The notes under the pieces were generated by a model. The model saw only the letters and a program-made list of their open reading frames with translations, was not told where the DNA came from and did no database searches. From NCBI GenBank assembly GCA_023213395.1, contig CM041465.1, positions 194,501,741 through 194,565,740 on the forward strand: a stretch of 64,000 nt of DNA, in the 5' to 3' direction. This DNA is from Cycas panzhihuaensis (Eukaryota > Plantae > Cycadophyta). Shown in pieces: positions 1-14,540 of this stretch (the stretch's first letter is position 1; each line of letters begins with the position of its first letter). The translations under genes were made by a program, and so were the position numbers.

Positions 1-172
1 GTACTAAGAAGTATATTTTCAAAAAGCAACCATGGAAACATAAATTTTACATTAAATTATTATCTGCAATAACCCCCAGATTCATCCATTTTACTTCTTT
101 GAAAGGGACTGGAACTTCTGAAAGCAAAGCCACTAACATCATCCTATTTCATGTGGAGAAATATCTACTTAC

Positions 173-229
173 TTCAACAGTCAAGAGGGCATTCAAACCA
201 TCTTCCAATGCTCCCAATAAAGCAGCATC
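173..229 (-). CDS. ARID4: ARID4-like coding exon 6; gene continues beyond the window start
   Basis: tttcag|GAT...GAA|gtaagt. DAALLGALEDGLNALLTVE versus DTFLLGSLMDGLNALLRIE; 57 nt. Confidence 0.92.
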
Positions 230-354
230 CTGAAACCAAAGAGTTCATAAATATGCATGCATTTACTGATAATGAACATATTATGAAATTCTCAACTTCA
301 GTAAAGGATCAAGGGCCAAACAGAACACAAGAATAAAATATTTGAATTCCTCAC

Positions 355-628
355 CAATGCAGACGGCAATCCACAAACAAGAAATCGCATGTCTGTCTCC
401 TCGTCAAATATTTTAATGGTAGATATACCCACAGATGACCCATCTCCTTCACTCAATTCCTTGGGCACTTGCAAATAAGCAATCTTGGGAGGTTCTCCAA
501 GAAGTACAGGTCCAATTGTTCCAATCATTTGTTGCTGATTTGTTGCTGTCACATGTCTATTCTGTGCACAATAAAGCCTTAAAGATGCACTTGCAAACTG
601 AAAAGCATCCCATATTTGGCCACATGAA
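355..628 (-). CDS. ARID4: ARID4-like coding exon 5
   Basis: accag|T TCA...GCA TTG|gtgagg. SCGQIWDAFQFASASLRLYC...GPVLLGEPPKI...IKIFDEETDMRFLVCGLPSAL; 274 nt, completes the phase-2 codon. Confidence 0.93.
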
Positions 629-715
629 CTGGTAATGGCAAAATAACAATTTCAGAAAGGATATAGGGGAGATACAGTATTAAAAACAAATAATGTAAAG
701 AAAAGAGTCAAATAC

Positions 716-804
716 CTTTGGAACACACACAATAATGCTTGACGGAAATGGGTAGCTACAGAACAAATAACGCTGTTCCTCCAAAAGATCACATATGGGA
801 CACC
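716..804 (-). CDS. ARID4: ARID4-like coding exon 4
   Basis: tgtcag|GGT...CAA AG|gtattt. GVPYVIFWRNSVICSVATHFRQALLCVFQ versus GVQYVIYWKNVFSKYAACHFRHSLYSVIQ; 89 nt, ends in phase 2. Confidence 0.92.
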
Positions 805-958
805 CTGACAGCAACAATATGATTTGACTCACCATTAACAGCCTCAAGAAAGTGTGGACCATACAAAAATGCATTGCAGCCAGTTTAGAGGAGCAGCTTT
901 GCAGCTTATCATGATGGAACAATTGACATATTAAATGTTCAAAATCCAGAGCCAGAAA

Positions 959-1000
959 ATATATATATATATATATATATATTTATTTATTTATTTATTT
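959..1000. repeat. Compound (TA)n/(TTTA)n microsatellite in intron 3
   Basis: Visible directly in the sequence. Confidence 0.9.
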
Positions 1001-2119
1001 TCTACCTCTGGACATTTTATGGGGAAGGTTTGGAAGAGTAAAAGGATTGCATCTTTATCAAAATATATGGCCCTGATGGACTTAGATTATGAATAGGGGC
1101 ACAGGAACATGCAAGAAAATTTCTTCCAATTGAATCTGGTATTCTGGAAAAGAAGCAGGAAGTATTTTAATATTAAAGAATCAACAAAGTCAGATTATCA
1201 AATGAATTTGTTTGGCATGAAGGCTCAATTCATCATCTCACATTAAAGGATATATGTAGCCTTGTCTTCGATCCATGTATTTTGGACCCAATTGTATTTA
1301 TCTGTTGTGTCTTTGTGTACTTCACAACATTGCCAGGTAGTAAGCATTGACCAAAAGGCAAAAGCCATTCTGCCATTATTATTTTTCATTTTTTAAATTG
1401 AGCATGTTTCTGTTCGCATTTTTCTCCTTTGCCCCAAAAACTTTCATGAATTTTTTCCTTCATGTTTATACATTGCATATGTTTCCCGCATTTGTCATAC
1501 TGCACATAGTGTATATCTTCGATTTTTGAAAGTTCCTGTATATGACATTTCTTATTGTTGTGGTGGATGATAAAAGTATTTTAAGAGCAAACTCTGCAAA
1601 GAGGAATCCTTTTTCATCACCCACAAGACTTAAAAGGCAAAAACAAACTTTCAGAGGTAAAAAGATCGTCGCATGAGAGAAACTAGTAAGAAATTTTCTT
1701 ATTAATAACACAAGGCACAAAATGCATGTCCTGCAGCGACCATGGAAGTTATTGCTAGAATTTGGTAGAATATTGAGGGTCACCTGGTTCAAATGGATTC
1801 AGCATTGTTTACCTCCCAAGACAGGTGCCATATCCCATAATTACCAGTATTTCCAACATTTATTTTCTTCAAGTTATTTGCTAAGTCCTATGCATCCTGC
1901 ATCCAAGATTTCTGAAAGAGTACTATCCTCTTTGCACCAAACCATGACCTTGAAATGGTTCAGGTAAATAGCTATCTAGAATAAAAATGCAGAAGTCACA
2001 GAGGACAATAATTACCACTTTAAAATTATTTACAAAGGCTGACACTGATTACTTAATATTAAAAAACGCATACGTAAAGTTTCGTACTAAAGAGCAAACC
2101 AAAAACATCATATGTTCAC

Positions 2120-2173
2120 CTTATCATGAAGTGCCTCCCCAATCATGCCACCATTGGGAATCTCCAAATAGAC
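2120..2173 (-). CDS. ARID4: ARID4-like coding exon 3 (54 nt, absent from the ORF track)
   Basis: gttgcag|GTC...GAT AAG|gtgaac. Encodes VYLEIPNGGMIGEALHDK versus VYLELPNGEELAQALYSK; phase 0/0 joins exons 2 and 4 in frame. Confidence 0.92.
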
Positions 2174-5100
2174 CTGCAACCGCCATCACAATCATTAAAA
2201 TTTCAAGAATTTATAAATATCAAACACTTTTAGATAGAATGGCATCACCCATGCACCGAGAACAAATGATCACAAGCAACAATTTAAATACAGAAAAATA
2301 ATAATAAATAAATAAAATAAAATAAAATCAGCACTACTTAACCATATAAACATGGCAACATTTATTTGGATAGAAGCTTTGATAGAAGTACTTAGTGCAT
2401 TACAACAAAGGCTTACAATAAGGAAAATAGTTACAGATACCAAAAACATAAATAATATGCAACTACACCATTGATAGTAAACCATTGCTTATAGTTATCA
2501 ATAATGCAACAAATTATGGACAGATAATGATACATGGAAGCTCTTTATTTATCAATATTATCTTTACATAAATATGGAGCATAAGAATGGAAGAGAGAAA
2601 TTTTATTAATATCCACTGATGATCAGAAACAGTCAATGGAACTGCAAGCATAGTAGGTACAAAATGTGTCTAGGGAGTGCATAAGGCGCGTCCAAACAAA
2701 TAATCTAGAGAGAATCTAATGTATCACAAAAAAGCAAAGAAGTATAATACAGCTAGGTAGCAATAAAAGCAACTAAAGATGCAGATAAATGTAAGAAAGA
2801 GGTAATAAGTGCTACACAGCTGTAAGTCATCAGCTAGTCTGCCCATCCTCATCTGCTCCTATATAATTGACCAAAATCTGATGAAACAGATCATCTGCTG
2901 CAGGTATCTCTACCATGGGATCCTGCCATGGAATCCTGGACTGTAGACTACTGATGGCTCACGATAGATGTAGTGTCTCTCAAAGCTGCAACTGATGAAG
3001 CATCTCTCCTGTCATTTAAGGTTAAAAGTCTACTAGAGGAAATATAAAATCTAATGATGAGGGCACAGCTTGGGATTGTTAGGCATGCCAATCTTGTAAG
3101 ACTCTCTCTTTCAGGCCACTCCATACATAGAAAGACACTACATGCTCATAAGCATACCTGCCAGCTAAATTTGCCTCAACTTGCAAGCATCACAGTTGAT
3201 TCATATGAGCAGCATCAACTGTGTAATACCCCATGATACAAACTTAACGAAAGCATTAAGAAAGCTATTAGCTACTTTGATGCAGACACTAGTTATGCTC
3301 TTCTATACCCGCAACACTCTGTCAAATTTAAATGTTGATCCAGCACAACTTGTGTCCTGTGCCTTCCTGATCACCATAAAGTCACTTAGCAATTAGATCA
3401 CACTATGGTGATCCTATAAACACAATCACTTCAATACAACCACCGCAGTGGCACTTTTACGCATTAACTCCTAGTAATTCCCAACCATGCAGCAGATATC
3501 ATTTCTTTACACAAACATATGTGCATACATCTTAACCGTAAGAACTTAAAACAGTATGGGAAATAGACAAGGAAGAACAATGAACCAAGAGAGCTTTTAA
3601 GGCTTGAACGCTTCATCTCCCTACTATTAGACTAGATTACCCCAACACTCTTCTCCTCAAGGCTTCCACCTTTTTGGAGGGAAAAAAAGTTGTATTGCTC
3701 TCCACTAAACATCAAGTACTTACAGGGCAGCCACTGAACTGAGAGAATTCACCTGCTTTGGCTTTAATCCCAACTTAACCTCATTGGATCCTACAAAAGA
3801 AATTGTTTTCTCTCAACCTCACCACTTGATTTTCTCTACATATAGAAGTAGCTTTTTGCATTTACATTATGAACACATCCACACTAGTCTTAATTCTTTC
3901 TTATCACAAGATCCTGTCTGATTATAACCACAAGCAAGACTTTGTTTTTCTTATTTCTATGTCAGCTTTTCTCTCTCTTTATTCACCTCTATGTGCATCT
4001 TATAGCAGAGAACATTCAATATGCATCATAATAATCATACACACAAGCCTCACGTGCATCAATCACATATACACATACACATATGCAAGGGTCATCAAAA
4101 ATCATTGGCTTACCATAGAAGCATGTTGCTTCTTAAAAGTGATGTTGCAACAAAGACAAGCAAAACCTTCTCAAAATGCACGCGATAAAACAAGGATGAC
4201 GAGTACAGTTAATTGCTTATCCATGTTACATATATACATTATTTCTGTTTGGACAATGAGTTCACATAATGCCCAAAGGTAATTTAGGTTTAAGAATAGT
4301 TAAGTCAGTGCATCTCCATTACCATGTAATTGACCTTTAATTTTTGTAATCGAGTAGACACTTTTTTGATTTTCTATAACAACCCCTTCATCTTCTTATG
4401 CACTTGGCATCTTAAAAGGAGAGAGGGCTCTGCCATTATAGACTTACAATTCCATGGAATGGAATAGAAGACCATCATTTTCCTTCATATCTTCTCTTCC
4501 AAGTTCCTCTATATTCTTTGTGTGTTCAACTACATTGCACACAAGTATTAGTCTCTACTAGACTCCTCTTAGCTTCTACACAGCCTTATTAGCATCCAAG
4601 AGAGCGAATTCAACTCAAAACGAATGCCAACACCTCCATTCTGGTCCATAGATCGGATTTTCCATGCATTGAAATGTCACTCATTACTCAAACAATGCTT
4701 GCAGAATGCTACTTGCAGTTTGGGGGAACAATTTCTTGTTTTGTACTTTGGTAATCTTCCTAGACTTCTTTTAGTTGTTTCATAACTCTATTTCCCCGCT
4801 TTGCAACATATCAATTAGTAGCATAGCTTGAGATTAGGCATGAAGTTGTATTTAATTTTTAGAAGCTTCCCAATCTTCTACTTTCCCCATTCTTTGCAAC
4901 ACGCCATGTCCCATTGGGCCAAGTAAGAACCCTCTATTGAAAACGTAGAGGAAAGCATTGAAATCACATTAGATCCTTCACAAATGTTCCTGGAAGCACT
5001 TTGAGAGCAAAGCCAATCCCAAGCACAGGTCCTCCAAGAGTAAAGCTAGGCCTAGACACAGTCAATGAACAACATGACCCTAATGTTTTAGAAAATGATG

Positions 5101-6751
5101 GCATAGCAAGTCAGTGCACAAGACGTTAATATGGCTATTCCTCTCTAGCAACCTCAGTTCAAACTAGATATCAAAATCACCATACACAAATTCAATAGCA
5201 CAATCAATGCCAAAGCCTTGGATGGTTATTTCTATACCATGGAGGCATAATTTGAGTGTCAATAGCTTCCCCCATGAACAAAAGATTTACATGGTAGAAA
5301 TGCATATGAGGGAACACTCCTAGGTGGTGTGGCAACCCTATGTCAACCACAAACCCATCATGTTGTGCACAGATTTCAAGAAGGCACTACAAGACAAATT
5401 CTAGCTCGTCAAACATCCAGACGACATGGAGAAGAGATGGTTGCACCTTCATTAACAAGCTAGACAATCAGTGCAGCAATACAAAAACACCTTTCATAAG
5501 ATGACTATCATGATGGAAGCTAACGACTCATACTCTTATGCTCAGGTTCATAGGTGGTCTTTTCCTTTCTCTACAACGAGAGCTAAAACTCCTCATGACC
5601 ACCAAATCGAACCAAGCTTTTCAATATGCACAAAAGGTAGAGAGTCGTGTACACAAGCAAAACCTTATAGATCCCAACAATAGCTATAGCAACAAATCCA
5701 ACAATGACAACCCCCTTTTTATCAAACAAAGGGAGCAATTGCAAGAAATCCCTCTCAACCTCGATAACATCCAAAGGCAATGTCATCTTCAGCACTAGTT
5801 TGCAACTTCCTAACAACAAAGCAAAAGGGTCCCCATAAGCATTGTAATTACCATTAATCTTATGGATATTCCAACAAGCAACATTTGAAGTAGAAGGACC
5901 AAGACCTTGGTAGTAAAAGAGACAAAGGATGCAAACACATCAAACACTAGCAAAAGAGTCTATAGTGTTGGTTACCAATAAGGTAGTACCCAACCTTCAC
6001 TTGGTAGTCATGGCCATAAACTATAGTACCACTAAAAGAAAGCTTTTCTTTACGCAAAACTACCAAATCAAGGAAAGAATTTTCCTATGTATAATTGATA
6101 ATAACAATATGAAAATTTTAGTATATGATCAATTAGTTACAGGACTTAATCTCCCCACAAAACCTCCTCTTGCCCTTTATAACCTAGGTTGAATTGAGAA
6201 GGGAGGGCCACAAACTCAAGTAAATAGAGTATGCAATGTAACCTTTGCAATTGACCCATTCATAAACATAGTCACCTACAATGTGACACCTATGGACGAT
6301 TATGAACTCTTATTGAGCCTACATTACCAGTATGACTATCATGCAATCAATGATGAATTTAAAAACACTTATAAATTTTAGAAGGGCCACCAAGCTTACC
6401 AACTCACTTCTTCAGCCACATAGGATGCTTTAGTAGGTTCACAAGCTAGCAAGCTTGTCAATTCTAATAAGAAGGGCACTACCTTGTTAATGAGACACAT
6501 GGAGGACTCATTGGTGCACAAATCTAACATCACTAGTCCAAATATATAGCAACTATTGGACGATCACTTAACATTTTCGAGGCATAAGAACAATTACTTC
6601 CCACATATGCAGTCTAGCACAATATTGACTTGCTCTCGAGGGCAACCTTGCCCAACAAGCATTTATATAAGACTTTAGTTCTAGAAGATGAAGAATTGAA
6701 GAGACAACTTGGTAAGCTCATTAAGGAAGGCAAGATTCAACCTAGTTTCTA

Positions 6752-7763
6752 TGTTACAAACCAAAAGTCAATCCTGTCAAGTGAACTGACACGTCCCATC
6801 AAGCAAACTAACACATCCCCATCAGGCAAACAAAATGTCCCTTGGGTTATGACACATGTTCTGAGTATTTAAAGCATGGAAGAGTGATGGATGGATATGG
6901 TTGGAATGTTCTTCGAAGCTTTGGCATTTAAAGGCAACGGCAAGTAGCAATGATTCCCACAGGAGCCCTCACCTCAAAGAGGACCAACCTTCTTTCTCAT
7001 ATGACTATTATCTATATTATTTTCACTGTAATTTATTATATATTTTGGTTATTGGTATGTATCTCCTCACCTAGTTATGACTTAGATGTGTCACTCTCTA
7101 GTGTTGCCCACAAAATTATTACTTAACACCTACGTCTTTTTACAAATCCACAAGGGTTTTAAGTTGATATCCACACCTTTTCACTGTTGCATATCATTCA
7201 ACAAGATTTTAATCAGGCATTTATGCCTAGGATAGTTGCAACCAATAATTTAATTGAGAATATTTCATGTGAATCAGTCTACTATCACACAAATTGATTG
7301 GAGAGGGCACCCAACGAAATTTGTGTCTGGGACAATGCCTGGCAACCTTTCAAAGCACCTCATAGGTCTTTTGAAATGCCAAATGTGCAATAGAAGTGAC
7401 CAACGGATTGTTTTAAGCTCTGATACCACTTGTTATGAACCCAATGCGCTTAGTAACATAGCCAAGCGAGGAGATACACACCAATAACCAAAAATATAAT
7501 AAATTACAATGAAAACAATATAAAAAATAGTCAGATGAGAAAGAAAGTTGGAGCTCTTTGAGGACAGGGCTCCTCTGGGAATCATTGTTGCCTATAGTTG
7601 CCTCCAAATGCCAAAGCTTCAATGAATATTCCAACCATATCCATCCATCACTCTTCCACGCTTTAAATACTCATGAATGGGTGTCATAACCCAAGGGATG
7701 TGTTGATTTGCTTGACAAGACATGTCGGTTCACTTTATAGGACATGACGTTTGGTTTGTAACA
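6752..7763. mobile_element. Element B: LTR-derived insertion with inverted LTR copies
   Basis: 6752-7079 is the reverse complement of ~7455-7763 (roughly 80-85% by eye). Complete minus-strand LTR at 7431-7763 with iMet PBS (gctctgatacca, 7417-7428). Degenerate TSD ttcta/tcctc; removing the insert restores the RT frame of element A. Confidence 0.8.
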
Positions 7764-7935
7764 TCCTCTGCTTGCAATTGTCTAGTGCTCTTGGTACCTA
7801 AGAAAGACAATACCTAGAGACTTTATATTGATTACTGAAACATTGAATTGCATCATAATACAGAACAACTATCCTTTGCCTTGCATTGATGACATACTCA
7901 ATGAACTATAGGGGGGTAGTTTCTTCACCAAGAAT

Positions 7936-10900
7936 TGTTAAACTTTCAACATGGAAGCCATTCATCATCAAGCACAATCAACAAAAACAATGAACAAGAC
8001 ACAAACTGTATTAACTCAACATAAACATAATTATATCAAAATACTATTGCACCATAGACTCAACATGAGCTTCAATGATGACTTGATCCCTACTCTACCT
8101 CAACCACCTTTTTGTACATCATAGGCACGAATACATAAGTGAGGTGGGATGCAAGTGGGACAAAGACCACTAACCTATCCAATGACACTACACCTACTAA
8201 TTGACCAATGACCACCTAATTTTTTACATAACATTATTATAATGTGAGATCCTTAGACCCTTAATACTATAACTTTATTGACTCTAAGACACACCTTACA
8301 TTAAACATTATATTCTAACACCTCCCCTTAGTGTTTAATGTCAAGACCACAAGAACACTAACTACCAAGGACATTATGACACCTACTTCTAAGGACTGAC
8401 AACAAAACTGACACAAATTGGGTATAAGACTTGACTTAAAGTATTGTTTGAATTTCCAATGCCTGAGTCTGAGAACCTTTCTGAAGACAATGTCATGGGG
8501 TTGGTCTTCGACTGAAATGCAGTAAAACCTGTATGTCATGCCTATTCTGTCATCTCTTGTTTTTTCTAGTGTCTGTGTGTGTTCCAGTTGTAGGTATGGT
8601 CTCCTTTGATTTTTGTTTCCTAAATCAAATGTAATAACATATGATTTCAACTCCATGAAGCGAAAGGATTCATTCTTGTTTGTCTCCAAGTCTGCCAGAA
8701 CGATCAACTTTTCAAGCAAATGAACACTTCCTTGAAAGGAAAGAAGGAACAATGATTCCTTTCCTAACTTCACATGTGCAGGTATGTGTCCTAATACAAC
8801 AAAAAACTTTGTTCTCTCTATATCATCCAAGGAATCCTTTGTGCCAAACATGATGAGAATTTCTATTATAATTACATGCACATATTTCCCAATTATGGCT
8901 ACATAAATATAGAACATCACTTTAAGATGATTGACTTTCATGGTTAAGTGGCCTATCCAAAACATACAATAATCATGGTGGACAAGATTTTGATCAAATG
9001 ATATTCCAACTATGTTCTTTCTTTCTTTGAATGAATTTTCTAGAGCCATTGCAGGGTATGCTAACACAATTTAGATTCTTTCAAGAATAAGGACAGAAAA
9101 TGCAATCAAATTGAATGTGATCTTACAGAGTCTTACGCATGTGCAAACTACCATATGCCCTGACATCATTTGGATGCTGGCAACAACTCTATCAACACAA
9201 ATTAAGGTACATCCCACACTTTCTACTAAAGCAGCAGTGTCACCACAATACATCACCTGTAACAAATACCTTTTCGAATCACTTTTAGGTTTTTCAACCT
9301 CCATTCTTTTGGCAGTTATCAATGCAATCTTTCCTGTCAACTTGCTAAGGCACAAGGCATTTGGTGAAATCAAATCTTTAGATAAATAGTGATCAATAGC
9401 TTCATGCAATTCTTCATCCCCTTTATGAGTGTCAAATGAACCTATGTGAGAACTGATCTTACCGGAATCAAGTTAATTTTCCCTTTTTGCTTTCCTTTTC
9501 AGTTTCTATTTCTGGTTCTTTGTCTTCCTAACATTCCTTTGCACTTCTTTAGGAATCTTTTCATACAATTCCCTCAACAAATTCCAAGCCTCTTTAGCTA
9601 AATCAATATTTTGAAGTGTATGAATAAGGAATTGGTAAGAAGGAGGAAGGCCTTTCTTGTCAAAAGCTGCAAGCATCACATCAAGGGCTATCCTGTTCTT
9701 CTTTTTGAAATTTCCCTTCCCTTCTTTACTAATCGATGCAAGATCATCAATAATTTCTCATAGCTTTTTAAACATAAATATATATTCCATTTTGATTCCA
9801 CAAATTTGATAATTAGTTCCAATATATTTAGACAAGGTTATGTTACTGTTTGTTACCCAAAACTCATTTTTCTCTTATATGAAAACAATGATCTCCTTTA
9901 ACTCCATGATGAATGAACGAGTTGATCTATGTACCTTCTTTTACTTGAAATAAGTTTCTCAAAACAGCAAAAAAAGCGCCTCAAATCACATACCAAAATG
10001 TCTGCCTCTGAGATATGATTCCAACGCCTCTGACCGTTTAGAAAACAGATGCCTGGATGAGAAGATACAAAACAAAATGTGCAAAAACTCCTTTATGAAA
10101 AATAAATATATATCGGTAGGAGATTAACCCCTTTGATGACAGGCAGCTGATCACATTTAAACTTCATATGACTGATGACTTATTGAAAAGGGGGCTGGTG
10201 GACCTCAATCCATATTTCAATATAGTTTAACCTTAGTTATACTTTTGAAAAAAAAAACAAAACTGCCTTATTCCCCTCCTTACGATCGTGGACTTCAAAC
10301 ACTTCTTAAATTTAATCACTTCTTAAATTTAATTTTATGCTTAAAGACAAGCATATCATCGAACCCTAATTTATCTTTGTATGCAGCAGCAGTAATTTTC
10401 CATGGCTGCGACCGTGATAAATGGCGGCCCTCCTCCATGCAGATTAATTCAAGCAGAGTGATTGTGCCTTCGTCTCAATGGACAACAGCTCACACAGTAG
10501 AGTAATCGCCTCTTGCTTCCTCTATTCTTTGTTGGCGTGCAGACCTGAAGAAATCCCTTTGATTGTTCTGGTGAGAAGACTGTAATGTTGGTAATGATTG
10601 ACCCGAGCAACGTTGGTTCTCATGGGGAGTCATTCAAGAAGATGTTGTCGTCCTTTTCAACCTCATCTTGGACCAATCAACGCTTGGCGTGATGTTGGGC
10701 AGATACTCCATTGACTCTGCTTCAACCGCATCCACGAAAGGAATCTCGCTTCTCCACAACAAGCCTGGCTTCTGTGTCTCTGTGCTTTATTTTTACAACC
10801 ACCGTGGGCTTCATTTATCATTTGAGTACCTCGTCATCTCTTTAACAGTCTTCTACTCTTTGATAGTTACACATAAACGACTATTGGATGAGCCCTTAAC

Positions 10901-12024
10901 AGGCTTGATCAATGGCGGTTCTTGTGCCCTCTTTCCACAACTACTATCGTAGGTTTCTACGACTCCTTTTTTTCGTCAAGAGTTGGCTCTTTCGACTAGG
11001 TAACACAATTTCTTTACTACATGCAGGACAAAACTGTCTCCTTTATTATGCAGGACTAAGCACTTCTCATACATGGAATCTTTCACAATTGAGTCTAGAT
11101 GCTCTCATGGTTGTTTGATCTATTACTGCTCAACTGTTGCTAGGGTTTTGTCATAAATTATACACAATTTTTAACACCACATCACAGCTTTTATTTTTCT
11201 GTGAGCAACTTATAGTTCTATCACAACAAAGCTTCACAGAGTTATCAATCACAACCTTATGTAAGCTATTCTCCTTTCTTTATTAGCAATCAATTCTCAT
11301 GTGACAGACAGAAAATTGACTCCAAGTTCACCAATCTAATTCTTAGTTATTACACAAACACTTGAAGGTACAAAATCAATATTCCTACCAAATTCTCTTA
11401 GCATCACAGATTTCAAATTTCATCATATCAACTAATTTCTTCACATGGTAAACCCGACACAAAGCTTGCTTCACATAACAAGATAGAATAACAGTATTAC
11501 CTGGTAAAATGCTTTAAGACACCTCCTCAATTCAAATCTTCAATCCGACAACCAGCTTAACGGAGCCACCTCTTCTCTTGTCAAAATCCTGGCGAACTTG
11601 CACAACAATGGCTTTAACATGCAACTTGCTCTGATACCATGTTAAACTTTCAACATGGAAGCCATTCATCATCAAACACAATCAACAAGATCAATGAACA
11701 AGGCATAAACTGTATTAACTCAACATAAGCATAATTACGTCAAAATACTATTGCACCATAGACTCAACATGAGTCTCAATGATGACTTAATCCCTACTCT
11801 ACCTCAACCACCATTTTATACATCATAGGTGGGAATACATAAGTGAGGTGGGATGCATATAGGACAAAGATCACTAATCTACCCAATGACACTACACCTA
11901 CTAACTAACCAATGACCTCCTAACCTTTTAAATAACATTATTATAATGTGAGATCCTTAGACCCTTAGTATTATAACTTTATTGACTCTAAGACACACCT
12001 TACATTAAACATTATATTCCAAAA
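7936..12024 (-). mobile_element. Element C: non-autonomous Copia-type element (TR-GAG-like)
   Basis: LTRs 7936-8320 and 11640-12024 (385 bp each), TSD AGAAT, PBS 11628-11639, PPT 8321-8330. Gag motifs GTNYQICGIKME and AKEAWNLLRELYE; no RT or INT motifs seen. Confidence 0.9.
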
Positions 12025-14540
12025 AGAATGACTTAGCGTTCAACTATCATAAGGTGAGAGTAGTGCCTTCTGCCACTTGGAAGACTACATTCAAGACATA
12101 TTTTGGGCTATACAAGTGGTTGGCCATGCCATTCATTTTAACCAATGCCCCGACAACATTCATAAGGATGATGAACAACATTCTTTACCCCTTCCTAGGG
12201 AAGTTTGTCATCATCTTCCTCAATGACATAATGATTTATAGCTAAACTTGGGCCAAACATCTCCAACATATACAATAGGTATTGGGCACTCTTCAACAAC
12301 ATCAACTATGAGCAAATAGAGTAAATGTTAATTTGGACAGGAGTTTGTTACCTATTTAGGGTTCATTGTTGATTCACAAGGCATTCATGTAAACCCCTAG
12401 CAAGTATAGGTTATCTACAACCAACCTTCACCCAGGACACTGACCAACTTGCATAGTTCCTTGGGGCCCACAAACTCCTATAAGAAGTTCATCCATAGAT
12501 ATACAAGCATTGCCCACACTCTCCATGCTCTCAAGATGTGTAAGATGCTCTATAGTTGAGAACCCACACAAGGGACTACCTTCAAGTGATTGAAGGATGC
12601 CTTACGCACAACCCTAGTCTTAGCATTGCGAGATCTCTAAGAACCTTTCCAGGTTGAGACTAACAGCTCCCAAGTGGCCATAAGAGCAACATTTCAATAG
12701 GGAGGACACCCTATTGACTACCACTCCAAGACATGGTCACAGGTGAAACAAAATAACAACACTTACGATGAGGAGTTTTACACATTTGCTTAGGCAAGCT
12801 TAGTGGCAGCATAACTATCTCTGAGGCAAAGAGACCAACGATTACACACACCACTAACCACTCCTATCTCTACACTCACAAAGACAAATCCAAGAGCATC
12901 ATCATATGAGATGGGCTCACATTTGCAACAGTTTCACTTGATCATCAAGTACAAGGAGGTCACCAACAGCATAGCATCTTTTTTAGCAAACTGAATGTTC
13001 GTACCTTACTCAATGTGTTTGACACCAAATGTGTTAGTTATTCCAAGTGGTGTAATGCCTACAACTTGGATCTTGACTTTGGCACAATTTTCACCTTAAT
13101 ATAACAAGCAAGTCAAGTGAATTAGCACCATTCCTTAACTTCCACCTATAATATGGCCTATTGTATTGAATACATTAGCTTTGTGCACCATGTGGTAGTA
13201 ATAGAGATCAACTACTAAAGGAAACTCGTGCTTATAGTTACGAGGGACACTTCAAGTTTTAGAAGACCCTACAGCATGTATAGAGACACTTTATTGGCCT
13301 TCTACGAATAGGCACATGGAACAATTCATCAAGCGACGTAATCTTTAAAACCAATCAAAACCTTCCAACAAAAGTTAGGTTTGTACCAACCTCTGTCAAT
13401 GCCATCCCATCCTTGGGAGTCCATTTCCATGGACTTCCATCAATATAACAACCCATGACTCGACACAAGCATGACTACATATTGATTGTGGTTCACATGT
13501 TCTCAAAGATGGCAATGCTCATCTCGTGCAACAAAACTATTGATGCACCATGCACTACCCATATTTTCTTTGGCCATGTCTAACTACATTATGGATTTCC
13601 CCTTACAATCATTTCACACAAGGATGCACACTTCCTCAATGCTTCCTAGTAAACATTGTGAAAAATTTTGGGTGGCAAACACCAATATTCCACTACCTTT
13701 CACCCCCAAATAGATAAGCAATCTGAGATAATGAATCAAACCTTAGTTCACTCCCTTTGCATTCACTAACACACCACAACTGAATGGAACAAATCTCTTG
13801 TAATAATCCAACATGAGTATAACCACACAGTTCGCATCTCCATAAGGCACTCTCCATTCAAGGCAGGCTACAAGTTCTATTTTGTAACCCCCTACAAGCT
13901 TCCAACGACACTCTTATCACTAATGATGCATCATGAGCAAGTTAAGCAACATAAGACAAAAGTCCTTGCAGACATCTCTGGCAAATCCATACCAATGTGT
14001 GGGAGAATTTCACCAAGCCCCAAGTATAAGGCCAAGCATGACCAAAATAGGGACACACATGACTTCCAAATGGGCAACACAGTTTGACTCAACTTGGATA
14101 AGTAGTAGTTTAGTCAACAAACCCACCATATAAGCTCAAACCCATTTGGTTTTGATCACACCAAATCACTAAGATAGTAGAGGCCACTGCTTTCTACCTC
14201 ACTCTTCCAACTCATCTTGGAATGCATGACATCTTCAATGCTAGTAATCTCAAAAGTTATGAGCCACAACTGTTGGAGGGAGAGGTTGATGTGACACATC
14301 CTGAGGACATGATACCAAATTTTTAGCCTCCACTTCAAGCAAACACTCTTCTAAACACCAAGATGCACACCATATAGCACTAACAAACCATTACCTACCT
14401 TGTATGTAAGAAGAGCAACTTGCCTACGTAAGCTAAATGGATTTCACAAGCAACATTCGAGCGAAACTTTCCAAATCTGCATCAACTAGCAAAATTGGGT
14501 ATAATTTCCTCCTAAGCAGAAAAGAAATTATGAGCACAAT

